Below are positions 26,742-36,875 of a DNA stretch of 64,000 nucleotides, one piece after another (the first letter of the stretch is position 1; every line of letters starts with the position of its first letter). The notes under the pieces were generated by a model. The model ran no database searches, was not told the DNA's origin, and saw only the letters and a list, made by a program, of their open reading frames with translations. This stretch comes from Deferribacterales bacterium (lineage in GTDB: Bacteria; Chrysiogenota; Deferribacteres; Deferribacterales; Geovibrionaceae), in the NCBI GenBank assembly GCA_050253075.1, contig JBFWJS010000008.1:24874-88873 (forward strand), given 5' to 3'. The translations under genes and the position numbers were made by a program.

Positions 26742-27647
26742 TCAAGTAAAAATGACATTATCCAGTCTTTTAACCTCATTTTCACTGCCAAGGTCCACAT
26801 AATTAACATCATTCATATGCCTGAACCATGTTAACTGACGTTTTGCAAAGTTTCTGGTGACGGTCTTGATACGCTCGCTTACGGTGTCCGTGCTGACGTT
26901 CTCTCTCACGCAGTTTGCTATCTCTCTGTAACCGATGGCCTTGAAAGAATCAAGTGTCTCGTCATAGCCCATTTTAAACAGCTCTCTGACCTCTTCTTCC
27001 CATCCCATGCCGAACATGATGTCCACACGGCGGTTGATGCGGTCGTATATCTTCTGCCTGTCTTCCGTCAGGATGTATATATCATACTGATAGTCAGGAT
27101 TTCTGTGAAATTTTACCTGTGCATCACGCACATTCATCTTAAGCTGAATATTTATCTCCAGCCCTCGCAGTATACGTGTTTTATCCGTCGGCTTTATACC
27201 CGATGCGAACTCCGTGTCCATGGCGACCAGCTCCGCATAGAGCGGTTCCGTGCCGTTCACCTCGAGCCTCTCTTCCAGAGACTTCCGCAGATCCATATCC
27301 CTTTCGGGACCTGCAAAGATACCCTTTTGCAGCGTCTCCACATACATCCCCGTTCCCCCTGCGACGACGGGTATGTTCCCACGCTCCAGAACACCCTTTA
27401 TACACTCCTGCGCCTGTTCGAAAAATGCGCCTGCGGAGTATGTCTGATCCGGGGTATAGATATCTATGAGATGATGGGGTGCTGCTTCCAGCTCGTGCTT
27501 TTCCGGCTTTGCCGTGCCGATGTTCATATATTTATATACCTGATAGGCATCTGCACTGATGATCTCGATATTATGCTTTTCTGCGAATCCTAAAACAACG
27601 GCTGTCTTCCCCGCTGCCGTCGGACCTGTTATGACGGGTATTCTCAT
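26742..27647 (-). CDS. miaA: tRNA dimethylallyltransferase
   Basis: P-loop GPTAAGKT. Start at ATG 27647 gives an ATGA overlap with the mutL stop. The longer ORF start is unlikely. Confidence 0.92.
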   Translation of the reverse strand: MRIPVITGPTAAGKTAVVLGFAEKHNIEIISADAYQVYKYMNIGTAKPEKHELEAAPHHLIDIYTPDQTYSAGAFFEQAQECIKGVLERGNIPVVAGGTGMYVETLQKGIFAGPERDMDLRKSLEERLEVNGTEPLYAELVAMDTEFASGIKPTDKTRILRGLEINIQLKMNVRDAQVKFHRNPDYQYDIYILTEDRQKIYDRINRRVDIMFGMGWEEEVRELFKMGYDETLDSFKAIGYREIANCVRENVSTDTVSERIKTVTRNFAKRQLTWFRHMNDVNYVDLGSENEVKRLDNVIFT

Positions 27648-29389
27648 CGTCCGAACTTCCTCAGGAAAAATTCCTCCGTCTGTTTGAAAACTATCGGTCT
27701 GCCGTGGGGGCATGTGTATGGATTGTCCGTGGTGAATAGGTCGCTGACGAGTTTCCGCATCTCGTGCATCTCGAGCTTGTCACCCGCTTTCACGGCTGCC
27801 TTACAGCTCATAACAAGGGCTCTGTAGTCCACACTGGTGTCCTTGCGCTCCTCTATCATGTCTGCCAGTATCCCTTTCACCTGTGCTTCTATGTCACGGT
27901 TCAGAACCTCTGTGGGCACACGGCTCACTTTCAGGCTTTCACCGCCGAATGATTCTATCTCGTATCCGAACTGTTCGAAAACATCTTTGCTGTCTTCGGC
28001 TATCGCCAGCTCTTCATCGCCGACATTTATCAGTATCGGCTCATACATCACAACGCTCGGCACACTCATCTGCGCCTCACGTATAAATTTCTCGTAAAGA
28101 ACCCTTTCATGCGCCACATGCTGGTCTATGAAGAGGGCTTCGCCGTCCTTTTCACAAACTATTACAGTGTTGAAAAGCTGCCCGACAACCCTGATGGAGG
28201 ATTCCTCTCCGCTCTGTTCAGGCACATTGACGATCTGCGCTTCGGAGCGGTGCTCATATTCCACAACCTCCATCTCGCCCGCCATGTCATAGCTTTGGGA
28301 TGCGAGCCTGTGGTCGTATTTGGTCTCTGGTTTATATGTAGAAGTGTAAGAATTTGTGCTTGTATAGCCCGTTGCAGGAGCCTCGGAACGCATCTGTACG
28401 CCCTGATCATGCCCTGCCTCGTCCAGCCTGTTCTTTATGCTGTGATGGACAAAGCTGAAGATGTCCCTGCCGTCCAGAAGTTTTACCGTTGTCTTTGCGG
28501 GGTGGACGTTCACATCCACCTTTTCAGGGTCTACGTAAAGGGATATGGCAGCAGCGGGAAATTTACCGTCGGGTATCATCCTGTTATACGCTGTCACCAC
28601 CGCCTGAGTGAGCGACATATCCTTTACCACACGCCCGTTTATGCCTATGATTATCATGTCTTTACGATATCTCTGCACAGTGGGGAGAGATGTCACAAAG
28701 CTGAGCTTCATCCCTTCGTATTCGTTTTCTCCGTATACGAGGTCACGTTCCCTCGTCACCTGCACGGCACGAGCTTTCATATCCATATCGGCTGATGCGC
28801 TGTATGTGCTCTTTCCGTTAACGGTGAGCTCCACTGCGATATGCGGGTTTATCACGCTGAAAGAACGAACGAATTTAGCTATCTCACGCTCTTCAGCGGA
28901 AAAGCTCTTAAAGAATTTTAATCTGGCGGGCACATTGGCAAATAGGGATCTGACCTCAACAGTAGTCCCCTCCAGAGCTGGAGCAGGGAGCACCTGAGGC
29001 TCTCCGCCGTGTTTTATGCGTATCTCTGCGCCGTCGTTACCCTTTCGGCATGATCGTATGGAAAAGTCGGAAACAGAGGATATGGCAGCCAGTGCCTCGC
29101 CACGGAATCCGAATGTTTTGACATTATAAACGTCGTCTGCGGTCTTTATCTTACTGGTGGCGAACCTCTGCACGGCGACAGGCATATCCCCGGGCAATAT
29201 TCCACGCCCGTTATCCGTCACCCGCACCATGCCCACACCGCCGTTCTCAACGATAACGCTGATACGCGATGCTCCTGCATCTGCGGAGTTCTCCATCAGT
29301 TCCTTTATAACGTTAAATGGCCGCTCGACAACTTCGCCGGCGGCCACCATATTGGCTACATCTTCGCCAAGTCTGAAAATTTCATTCAT
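27644..29389 (-). CDS. mutL: DNA mismatch repair protein MutL
   Basis: GHKL ATPase motifs VVERPFNVIKELMENSADAGA, DNGRGI and FGFRGEAL, with a C-terminal dimerisation domain. Confidence 0.95.
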   Translation of the reverse strand: MNEIFRLGEDVANMVAAGEVVERPFNVIKELMENSADAGASRISVIVENGGVGMVRVTDNGRGILPGDMPVAVQRFATSKIKTADDVYNVKTFGFRGEALAAISSVSDFSIRSCRKGNDGAEIRIKHGGEPQVLPAPALEGTTVEVRSLFANVPARLKFFKSFSAEEREIAKFVRSFSVINPHIAVELTVNGKSTYSASADMDMKARAVQVTRERDLVYGENEYEGMKLSFVTSLPTVQRYRKDMIIIGINGRVVKDMSLTQAVVTAYNRMIPDGKFPAAAISLYVDPEKVDVNVHPAKTTVKLLDGRDIFSFVHHSIKNRLDEAGHDQGVQMRSEAPATGYTSTNSYTSTYKPETKYDHRLASQSYDMAGEMEVVEYEHRSEAQIVNVPEQSGEESSIRVVGQLFNTVIVCEKDGEALFIDQHVAHERVLYEKFIREAQMSVPSVVMYEPILINVGDEELAIAEDSKDVFEQFGYEIESFGGESLKVSRVPTEVLNRDIEAQVKGILADMIEERKDTSVDYRALVMSCKAAVKAGDKLEMHEMRKLVSDLFTTDNPYTCPHGRPIVFKQTEEFFLRKFGR

Positions 29390-29392
29390 ATT

Positions 29393-30349
29393 TTATTCTG
29401 CAAAAACACCCATGTTGCGGAATTTCTGGTATCTGTCTTCGAATATCTGCTCACGGGACATCTTCTTAAGGTCGTTGAGGGAACGGAGTATGAAATCCTT
29501 CACTCTGCTTGCCGTAAGTTTATGGTCTCTGTGAGCACCGCCGTCGGGTTCTTTTATTATCTCGTCTATTATACCAAGTTTTATCAGGTCATCGGAAGTC
29601 AGTTTAAGGGCTTCGGCTGCTTTACCTGCGTATGAAGCATCTTTCCAGAGGATAGACGCACAGCCCTCGGGGCTGATAACTGCATAGATAGAGTGCTCGA
29701 GCATCGCCACACGGTTACCCATTGCGATACCGAGTGCACCGCCCGAACCGCCCTCGCCTGTCACTACCGTGACCATAGGCACTGAAAGCTCTGCCATCAT
29801 CATAAGGCTTCTGGCGATAGCTTCCGCCTGTCCGCGCTCTTCTGCGCCGATGCCGGGGTATGCTCCGGGTGTATCCACGAAAGTAATGATAGGTCTGTTG
29901 AAGTTCTCCGCCATCTCAAACATACGCTGAGCCTTGCGGTATCCCTCAGGGTTTGCCATACCAAAGTTTCTGTGGATGTTCTCTTTAGTGTTGCGCCCCT
30001 TCTGGTGCCCGATGACAAGTACAGGCTCGCCGTTCAGCTTTGCTGTACCGCATACTATTGCAGGGTCGTCACGGAAGAGTCTGTCGCCGTGAAGCTCGAC
30101 AAAATCGGTGAAAACATTCTCGATGTAGTCGAGAGTATAAGGTCTGTCGGGATGACGAGCCACCATCACCTTTTGGGGCGGTGTCAGCTTTTTATATACA
30201 TCCTTCTTTATCTTATCCAGCTTGTCTTCAAGGCTTTTCAGCTCTTTATCTATATCTCCTGCGCCGAGGCCGGAGACGTTCTTTATTTCTTCAATACGGC
30301 TTTCGATCTCCAGTATGGGAGCTTCGAATTCCAGTGTTGTCATTGACAT
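29393..30349 (-). CDS. accA: acetyl-CoA carboxylase carboxyltransferase subunit alpha
   Basis: 318 aa with FVDTPGAYPGIGAEERGQAEAIA and GEGGSGGALG. Confidence 0.95.
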   Translation of the reverse strand: MSMTTLEFEAPILEIESRIEEIKNVSGLGAGDIDKELKSLEDKLDKIKKDVYKKLTPPQKVMVARHPDRPYTLDYIENVFTDFVELHGDRLFRDDPAIVCGTAKLNGEPVLVIGHQKGRNTKENIHRNFGMANPEGYRKAQRMFEMAENFNRPIITFVDTPGAYPGIGAEERGQAEAIARSLMMMAELSVPMVTVVTGEGGSGGALGIAMGNRVAMLEHSIYAVISPEGCASILWKDASYAGKAAEALKLTSDDLIKLGIIDEIIKEPDGGAHRDHKLTASRVKDFILRSLNDLKKMSREQIFEDRYQKFRNMGVFAE

Positions 30350-30420
30350 GGTTCACCTCTTAAATCATCAGCTTAGGTTGCCTATAATAGCTATTGTTTT
30401 TCGCAATATCAAGCAGTTCT

Positions 30421-30501
30421 GTCATCCTGAACAAAGAGTGAAGGATCTGCATGTGTTATAAATATCCACAACACAGATTCTTCGTTAACACTCAGAATGA
30501 C
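30421..30501 (-). repeat. Palindromic intergenic element, family A, copy 2 (inverted orientation, longer centre)
   Basis: gtcatcctgaacaaagagtgaaggatctg...cagattcttcgttaacactcagaatgac. The arm types are swapped relative to copies 1 and 3. Confidence 0.85.
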
Positions 30502-30506
30502 TTATG

Positions 30507-31346
30507 CTACTTAAGGCTGTCAAGACCGAGGTCAAAGAGAGACTCTTTGTACCCGCCGACAGGCTTTCCGTCGAAGTAAATGTGCGGAGTGCCTGTGATG
30601 CCGAGGTCGCCTGCCATTTTAGCCTGTGCTTCGATCTTGCCTTTTATAGAAGGTGATTTCACCAGTGCTTTGAATTTTTCAGCGTCTTTTGTCTTAGCTG
30701 CGAAGATGTTTATGATCTCTTCGTCAGATTTCGCATCAAATTCTTTATCAGTGGCGAAAAGCTCACCGCCGAAGTTTACACCGAGCTCTGAGCCCGCCTC
30801 AAAGATGCTTGCGTAAAGCATAGCCTTTGGATGGAAGCTGAGCGGAAGGTGCATCATATATACTGCTACGTCGATCTTTTCGTTTTCGATAGCCTCGTGA
30901 AGATACGCATAGGCTTTCTTACAGTATGGACACTGGAAGTCGCTCACTTCGATTATCACGTGCTTAGAGTTTTTGTTTCCGCCGAAGAAAGAGAGCTTTG
31001 AAACGTCGATATCGACCTTATCGGCAGAGTCGAACATCAGCTTGTCTTTTATGCTGGTATTGGAGTCTATTGTGAGGATGTCAGGAATGATGTATTTGCC
31101 GTCTGTAAAAGCGAACTGCTCCTGAGTACGTCCTGATCTTTCATCTTTCAGTGTCATCATGATGAAGTAAAGTCCTTTCGGCTCTTCTATCTTCTGTATC
31201 ACGTCTATCTTAAGACTGAGAGGGATATTATTTTCTTTAAAAAACTTGGTCATTCCCTTTTCCACCTTTGCTCCCACGTTTTCTGCAAAGGCCTGCCCTG
31301 TGAAAAGAATAGTGAATGCTATCAGGGCTAAAATCAATTTTCTCAT
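30507..31346 (-). CDS. periplasmic thiol:disulfide interchange protein (DsbC/DsbG/DsbA-family)
   Basis: Signal peptide, N-terminal domain, then a thioredoxin fold with CPYC (FQCPYCKK). Confidence 0.8.
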   Translation of the reverse strand: MRKLILALIAFTILFTGQAFAENVGAKVEKGMTKFFKENNIPLSLKIDVIQKIEEPKGLYFIMMTLKDERSGRTQEQFAFTDGKYIIPDILTIDSNTSIKDKLMFDSADKVDIDVSKLSFFGGNKNSKHVIIEVSDFQCPYCKKAYAYLHEAIENEKIDVAVYMMHLPLSFHPKAMLYASIFEAGSELGVNFGGELFATDKEFDAKSDEEIINIFAAKTKDAEKFKALVKSPSIKGKIEAQAKMAGDLGITGTPHIYFDGKPVGGYKESLFDLGLDSLK

Positions 31347-31535
31347 ACGTTCCTCCGTATAAAATGTTCAGGTTATTATATATACTTACATTACTAAGAA
31401 CGGCAACATGTAATTTTGTTCACCGTCAATATGCAATATTTTTGTCTGCTCCCTCTTGATAAAATATCCAATTGGTGCTAATAAATCCGTTCTACATATT
31501 GTATGTTTGGCGCTATAGGTGCGCTCAGATTTAGA

Positions 31536-31637
31536 GTCATCACGAAGCTTTTCTTAAAGCTGACGTGATCTTCCAAGTTTATTAACGCAATAAACGCTGA
31601 AGATTGCCGCGTCAGCCAAGAGCTTCCTCGCAATGAC
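31536..31637. repeat. Divergent gtcat...atgac palindromic element in the dsb/ileS intergenic region
   Basis: Outer arms gtcatcacgaagc / gcttcctcgcaatgac. Nested stems gctgacg/cgtcagc and gtttatt-aacgc-aataaac. Confidence 0.55.
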
Positions 31638-31684
31638 AAATTACTTACAGCATGTAGGTCTTTCAGAATAATCAGGAGTGATAA

Positions 31685-34480
31685 ATGGATTACAAAGATA
31701 CCCTTAATCTTCCTCAGACCGACTTCCCTATGAAAGCCAGTCTGACGACCAAAGAGCCAGAGAGAATCAAAAAATGGGACGACGAAAAAGTCTACGAGAA
31801 AATGCTCGCAGCCAGAGACAAGAACAACCCTTATATTCTCCACGACGGACCTCCATACGCTAACGGCGAGATCCACATCGGACACGCCATGAACAAAATT
31901 CTGAAAGACATTATTATTAAACTTAAAGCATTCGAAGGACACTATACACCATACATCCCCGGATGGGACTGCCACGGTCTGCCTATCGAGCATCAGGTAG
32001 ATAAAAAGCTGGGCAAAAAGAAATACGAGATGTCTAAATCCGACATCCGTAAAGAGTGCCGTAAATACGCCGACAAATTCATCGATGCACAGCGTCAGGG
32101 CTTCATACGCCTCGGCGGTTTCGGCGACTGGTACAACCCATACATTACTATGGATTACAAATACGAGGCGAAGACACTCGCAGAGCTTTACCGCTTTTTC
32201 GAAAACGGCGGAGTATATAAAGGTCTGAAACCCGTATACTGGTGTACAAGCTGTACGACAGCCCTCGCCGAAGCAGAGGTGGAATACGACAACCACACAT
32301 CTACATCCGTGTTTGTCAAATTCCCTATGAAGGACGCTTTCAAAGCGAAATTCGGACTCGCCGACGGGGACAAGGTCTCCGCTGTAATCTGGACAACAAC
32401 ACCGTGGACGCTCCCTGCGAACCTCGGTATATGCGCCAATGCAGAGCTCGAATACAGCATCATAAAAGTAACTGACACATGCAATAAAAACCTTGAAAAA
32501 GGCGAATATATAATCCTCGCAACAGACCTTGTGGCAAACCTCAAAGAGAAATTCCACATACACGAGTGCGAAAGCGTAAAAGTCTTCAGAGGTACAGAGC
32601 TCGAGCGTGTTGAATTCACACACGCATTCTACGACAGAGTATCACTCGGTATCCTCGGCGACCACGTTACGCTCGAGGCAGGTACAGGACTCGTACACAC
32701 GGCACCGGGACACGGTCAGGAAGACTATCAGGTAGGACTTCAGTACGGGCTCGAGGTTTATAACCCCGTAGACGATAAAGGCTGCTACAGACCAAACGTA
32801 GAGCTCTTCGCAGGGGAACACATTTCCAAAGCAGGGCCGAAGATAGTCGAGATGATGGACGAGCAGGGCTCGCTCCTTGACCACGGCGACATAAACCACT
32901 CTTACCCGCACTGCTGGAGATGTAAAAACCCTGTAATCTTCCGTGCGACACCTCAGTGGTTCATCAGCATGGAGACAAACGACCTCCGTAAGAACGTTCT
33001 GAAAGAGATAAAGAAGGTTCGCTGGACACCGTCATGGGGCGAAAACAGAATAACGGCAATGATAGAGAACAGACCTGACTGGTGTATCAGCCGTCAGCGT
33101 ACATGGGGCGTGCCTATCGCAGTATTCCTTTGCGAAGACTGCGGAGAGACCGTCACAAATAAAGAGATACAGAACAACATCGTAAAAGCATTCGAAGAGG
33201 AAGGCGCAGACGCATGGTTTGACAGACCGAACGAGGATTTCATCCCCGCCGGAACAACATGTAAATGCGGAAGCACAAACTTCTCCAAAGAGACAGACAT
33301 CCTCGACGTATGGTTTGACTCAGGTACATCACACGCAGCAGTGCTCGAAGAGAGGGAAGAGCTCTCCTGGCCTGCGAACATGTATCTCGAGGGCTCTGAC
33401 CAGCACAGAGGCTGGTTCCACTCATCTATCCTTGAGAGCGTGGGCTCCAGAGGCGTAGCACCATACAAAGAAGTGCTCACACACGGTTTCGCCATGGACG
33501 GAAAAGGACGCAAGATGTCCAAATCCCTCGGCAACACCGTAGACCCTAAAGACATCATAAACAAATTCGGCGCTGAGATCCTCAGACTTTGGGTTTCCGC
33601 CGAAGACTATTCCGAAGACGTGCGTATATCCGAGGATATCATCCAACGACTTGTGGAATCATACAGAAAAATAAGAAACACTGCCCGCTACCTGCTCGGC
33701 AACATCAGCGACTTCAACCCTGACACAGACAGCGTTGCATTCGAAGATATGCTCGACCTCGACAGATACGCTCTGATGAGATGGCAGCAGGTGAAAAAGC
33801 GTATATACGATGCGTATGACAACTATCAGTTCCATACCTTCTATCACACATTTATAAACTTCAACATCGGTGACCTCTCATCCTTCTACCTCGACATCCT
33901 GAAGGACAGGCTCTATGCATATAAAGCCGACAGCCTCGAGAGACGCTCCGCACAGACAGTCCTTTTCAAACTGGTGCGTGAGATGGCTATCCTCATGGCT
34001 CCTGTGCTCTCCTTCACTGCGGACGAGATATTCGAATACATCCCCGCATACAAAGGCAAGGGAGACACAATATTCACAGAACTATTCGCCCCTGTGGAAG
34101 AACATGATGATGCTGAAAACCTCAACAAATGGAAGAAGATACTTGAAGTCCGCAAAGAGGTGACAAAAGCCCTCGAGATAGCCAGAGCAGAAAAGACCAT
34201 CGGTCACCCTCTGGATGCGGATGTTGTCATCGGCGTAGATGCCGAGACTGCGAAATACCTTGTCGCTGACGAAGGTATCGAGCGCATATTCATCGTTTCC
34301 GAGGTTAAGATAGTTGACCCGTCTGAGCTTTCCGACTGTCACGTTTCAGAGGAAGGCAACATTAAGGTGAAGGTCACACCTTCATCCAACGCTAAATGCG
34401 AGAGATGCTGGACAAAATCCCACACCGTGGGCGAGAAAACAGAAGGCATCTGTAACAGATGCGCCGAGGCTCTCTCATAA
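31685..34480 (+). CDS. ileS: isoleucine--tRNA ligase
   Basis: 931 aa with PPYANGEIHIGHAMN, KMSKSLGN and a C-terminal zinc motif CERCW...CNRC. Confidence 0.97.
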   Translation: MDYKDTLNLPQTDFPMKASLTTKEPERIKKWDDEKVYEKMLAARDKNNPYILHDGPPYANGEIHIGHAMNKILKDIIIKLKAFEGHYTPYIPGWDCHGLPIEHQVDKKLGKKKYEMSKSDIRKECRKYADKFIDAQRQGFIRLGGFGDWYNPYITMDYKYEAKTLAELYRFFENGGVYKGLKPVYWCTSCTTALAEAEVEYDNHTSTSVFVKFPMKDAFKAKFGLADGDKVSAVIWTTTPWTLPANLGICANAELEYSIIKVTDTCNKNLEKGEYIILATDLVANLKEKFHIHECESVKVFRGTELERVEFTHAFYDRVSLGILGDHVTLEAGTGLVHTAPGHGQEDYQVGLQYGLEVYNPVDDKGCYRPNVELFAGEHISKAGPKIVEMMDEQGSLLDHGDINHSYPHCWRCKNPVIFRATPQWFISMETNDLRKNVLKEIKKVRWTPSWGENRITAMIENRPDWCISRQRTWGVPIAVFLCEDCGETVTNKEIQNNIVKAFEEEGADAWFDRPNEDFIPAGTTCKCGSTNFSKETDILDVWFDSGTSHAAVLEEREELSWPANMYLEGSDQHRGWFHSSILESVGSRGVAPYKEVLTHGFAMDGKGRKMSKSLGNTVDPKDIINKFGAEILRLWVSAEDYSEDVRISEDIIQRLVESYRKIRNTARYLLGNISDFNPDTDSVAFEDMLDLDRYALMRWQQVKKRIYDAYDNYQFHTFYHTFINFNIGDLSSFYLDILKDRLYAYKADSLERRSAQTVLFKLVREMAILMAPVLSFTADEIFEYIPAYKGKGDTIFTELFAPVEEHDDAENLNKWKKILEVRKEVTKALEIARAEKTIGHPLDADVVIGVDAETAKYLVADEGIERIFIVSEVKIVDPSELSDCHVSEEGNIKVKVTPSSNAKCERCWTKSHTVGEKTEGICNRCAEALS

Positions 34481-34953
34481 TGAAGAAAATACTATTAATA
34501 ATAGTTGCAGTTATAGTTGCTCTTGATCAGTGGACAAAGCTCTACATCAAGGGCAACTTTGACCTTTACGAAATGCGCCCCGTCATCGACGGCTTTTTCA
34601 GCATCACATACGTGCTGAACAAGGGCGCAGCATTCGGAATACTGGCAAAGCTGAACGAGGCATACCGCCAGGGATTCTTCGTCGTTATCACTGCCGTGGC
34701 TATCGCCGCCGTTATTTACCTTATGGTTAAAGAGAAAGCGATGAAGGTGCGCCTCATCTCATACACTCTTATCCTCTCGGGAGCCATAGGTAACTTTATA
34801 GACAGGATATACCTCGGGCAAGTGGTGGACTTCCTCCACTTCTACTACAAACAATATCAGTGGCCGGCCTTTAACGTGGCGGACATCGCCATCTCATGCG
34901 GGATCGGACTGCTGTTCTTAGATTATATGATATTAAAAAACAGGAAGAACTGA
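34480..34953 (+). CDS. lspA: lipoprotein signal peptidase (signal peptidase II)
   Basis: MKKILLIIVAV.., NKGAAFG, GNFIDR and FNVAD motifs. TAATG overlap with the ileS stop. Confidence 0.9.
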   Translation: MKKILLIIVAVIVALDQWTKLYIKGNFDLYEMRPVIDGFFSITYVLNKGAAFGILAKLNEAYRQGFFVVITAVAIAAVIYLMVKEKAMKVRLISYTLILSGAIGNFIDRIYLGQVVDFLHFYYKQYQWPAFNVADIAISCGIGLLFLDYMILKNRKN

Positions 34954-34962
34954 TCACTGCGC

Positions 34963-34991
34963 GTCATCCTGAATGCAATGCTCAGAATGAC
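34963..34991 (-). repeat. Family A mini-copy (outer arms only)
   Basis: gtcatcctgaatgcaatgctcagaatgac, with only the outer 10-bp stem retained. Confidence 0.6.
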
Positions 34992-35036
34992 ATGGTGATG
35001 TGTGTTCCTGTTTCCAAAAAATTTTGAGGGTACAGA

Positions 35037-36581
35037 ATGAAAATCATGCCTAAATCCGCCCTTATCAGTGTGTCTGATAAAGACGGTATCGTAGAATTCG
35101 CAAAAGGTCTTAAAAAACACGGCGTCAAGATAATCTCCACAGGCGGCACAGCGAAACTGCTCGCTGAAAGCGGCGTAGAGATAATCGAGATAGGCGAATT
35201 CACAGGGTTCCCTGAAATGCTCGACGGCAGAGTAAAGACTCTCCACCCGAAGGTACACGGAGGCATTCTCAATGTCCGTGACAACTCAGAGCATCAGGCG
35301 ACAATGAAAGAGCACGGGCTCGAAGACATCGACATGGTCGTTGTAAACCTTTATCCTTTCGAAGCTACTGTGGCAAAAGGCGCAGAGCACGACGAAGTTG
35401 TGGAAAACATCGACATCGGCGGACCGTCAATGATACGCTCCGCAGCGAAAAACCATAAGTTCGTGACCATCATCGTGGACAACGGCGACTTTGACCGTGT
35501 GCTCGCAGAGATGGACAACGGCGGTACTGAGCTCGACACACGTATCGACCTCGCTCGTAAGGCATACTCTCACACAGGAGTTTACGACTCCATCATCGCT
35601 AGCTACTTTAACAAAAAGCTCGGCGTAAAATTCCCCGAAGAGATAGCTATCCCCGCACGTAAAAAGCAAGGTATGAGATACGGTGAAAACCCTCATCAGG
35701 ACTCTGCTTTCTATGTTAAACCTCTCGTGAACGAGGCATCCGTATCCACAGGCAAACAGCTTCAGGGTAAGGAACTCTCATTCAACAACATAGCAGACAT
35801 ACACGCTACGCTTGAGCTTGTGAAAGAATTCAAAAAGCCTGCTGTAGCCATCATAAAACACACAAACCCTTGCGGATGCGCCATAGGCGAATCTGTATCC
35901 GAGGCATATGACAAGGCTCTCGAGTGTGACCCCGTATCCGCTTTCGGCGGTATCGTGGGTGTTAACCGTGAGGTGGACAGAGACCTCGCCGACAAGCTGG
36001 CGAACATCTTCCTCGAGGTTGTTCTCGCTCCTTCATTCAGCAAGGAAGCTCTCGAAGTTCTCGCTCCGAAGAAAAACCTCAGACTCATCGAGCTGGGCGA
36101 TATCACAGGCGGACGTGACAACGAGCTGGACATCAAAAACGTAACGGGCGGTCTGCTCCTTCAAGACAGAGACCTCCACGAAATAGACGACATCCGCTCT
36201 CTTAACGTTCCCACAGACAGAAAGCCTACCGATGCTGAATATGAAGCACTCGATTTCGCATGGATAGTAGCTAAGCATGTAAAATCCAATGCGATAGTAT
36301 ATACTACTGAAGACAGAACAATAGGCGTGGGCGCAGGACAGATGAGCCGTGTGGATTCATCCAAAATAGCAGCCAGCAAAGCACAGAAAGAACTGAAAGG
36401 AACAGTTATGGCGTCTGACGCTTTCTTCCCTTTCAGAGACAGTGTGGACGAAGCAGCGGAAAGAGGCATCACAGCCATCGTTTCCCCCGGCGGTTCTATC
36501 AGAGACGACGAAGTTATCGCTGCTGCAAACGAGCACGGCATAGCTATGGTCTTCACCGGCGTGAGACACTTTAAACACTAG
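35037..36581 (+). CDS. purH: bifunctional AICAR transformylase / IMP cyclohydrolase
   Basis: 514 aa with the MGS-like start ALISVSDKDGIVEFAKGL, VVVNLYPF and GGIVGVN. Confidence 0.96.
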   Translation: MKIMPKSALISVSDKDGIVEFAKGLKKHGVKIISTGGTAKLLAESGVEIIEIGEFTGFPEMLDGRVKTLHPKVHGGILNVRDNSEHQATMKEHGLEDIDMVVVNLYPFEATVAKGAEHDEVVENIDIGGPSMIRSAAKNHKFVTIIVDNGDFDRVLAEMDNGGTELDTRIDLARKAYSHTGVYDSIIASYFNKKLGVKFPEEIAIPARKKQGMRYGENPHQDSAFYVKPLVNEASVSTGKQLQGKELSFNNIADIHATLELVKEFKKPAVAIIKHTNPCGCAIGESVSEAYDKALECDPVSAFGGIVGVNREVDRDLADKLANIFLEVVLAPSFSKEALEVLAPKKNLRLIELGDITGGRDNELDIKNVTGGLLLQDRDLHEIDDIRSLNVPTDRKPTDAEYEALDFAWIVAKHVKSNAIVYTTEDRTIGVGAGQMSRVDSSKIAASKAQKELKGTVMASDAFFPFRDSVDEAAERGITAIVSPGGSIRDDEVIAAANEHGIAMVFTGVRHFKH

Positions 36582-36608
36582 ATTATTAACTTACGCCCTA
36601 ATATATCT

Positions 36609-36669
36609 GTCATTCTGAACAAAGTGAAGAATCTGAATCCTTCAGATCCTTCGTTGCACTCAGGATGAC
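36609..36669 (+). repeat. Palindromic intergenic element, family A, copy 3
   Basis: gtcattctgaacaaagtgaagaatctg-aatcctt-cagatccttcgttgcactcaggatgac. Confidence 0.85.
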
Positions 36670-36688
36670 TTTTACCGGAGAGTTAGTA

Positions 36689-36731
36689 ATAAAAATATTA
36701 GTAGTGGGCGGAGGCGGACCTGAACACGCAC
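36689..36731 (+). pseudogene. Decayed duplicate of the purD 5' end (codons 1-14, start codon ATG->ATA)
   Basis: ataaaaatattagtagtgggcggaggcggacctgaacacgcac matches purD 36876-36918 at 38 of 43 positions by hand alignment. A cggag RBS-like block also precedes both copies. Confidence 0.75.
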
Positions 36732-36875
36732 ACCCATTACTAATGCAAAAGTTATCATCCGTGGAACTTTTGCAGACGCTCGGGCAAAATAGAATTTAGC
36801 CCTCACTTTCAATTTGCTTTTAGCAAATTGGGCTTACATCCCTGTAAGCCGCAGAGTACGGAGGTTTTATATATT

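Noticed and set aside
31500-31684. T-box or attenuator leader for ileS
   Set aside because: No specifier loop or conserved T-box sequence was seen. The structure is better explained as a gtcat...atgac palindromic repeat.
31478-32623. 381-aa ORF on the minus strand
   Set aside because: It lies antisense to the 5' part of ileS, whose class I synthetase motifs are unambiguous. Its composition is Cys/Phe/Val-rich and unlike a real protein, and its start falls in the intergenic repeat. This is a typical shadow ORF.
36690-36800. Possible ZTP (pfl) riboswitch upstream of purD, because of GGGCGGAGGCGGACC and CGCTCGGGCA strings
   Set aside because: The first string is simply the duplicated GGGG-coding part of purD. 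The second does not match the invariant CCGCCUGGGC 3' element as I recall it, and no GACUGGCG-like P1 element is present.
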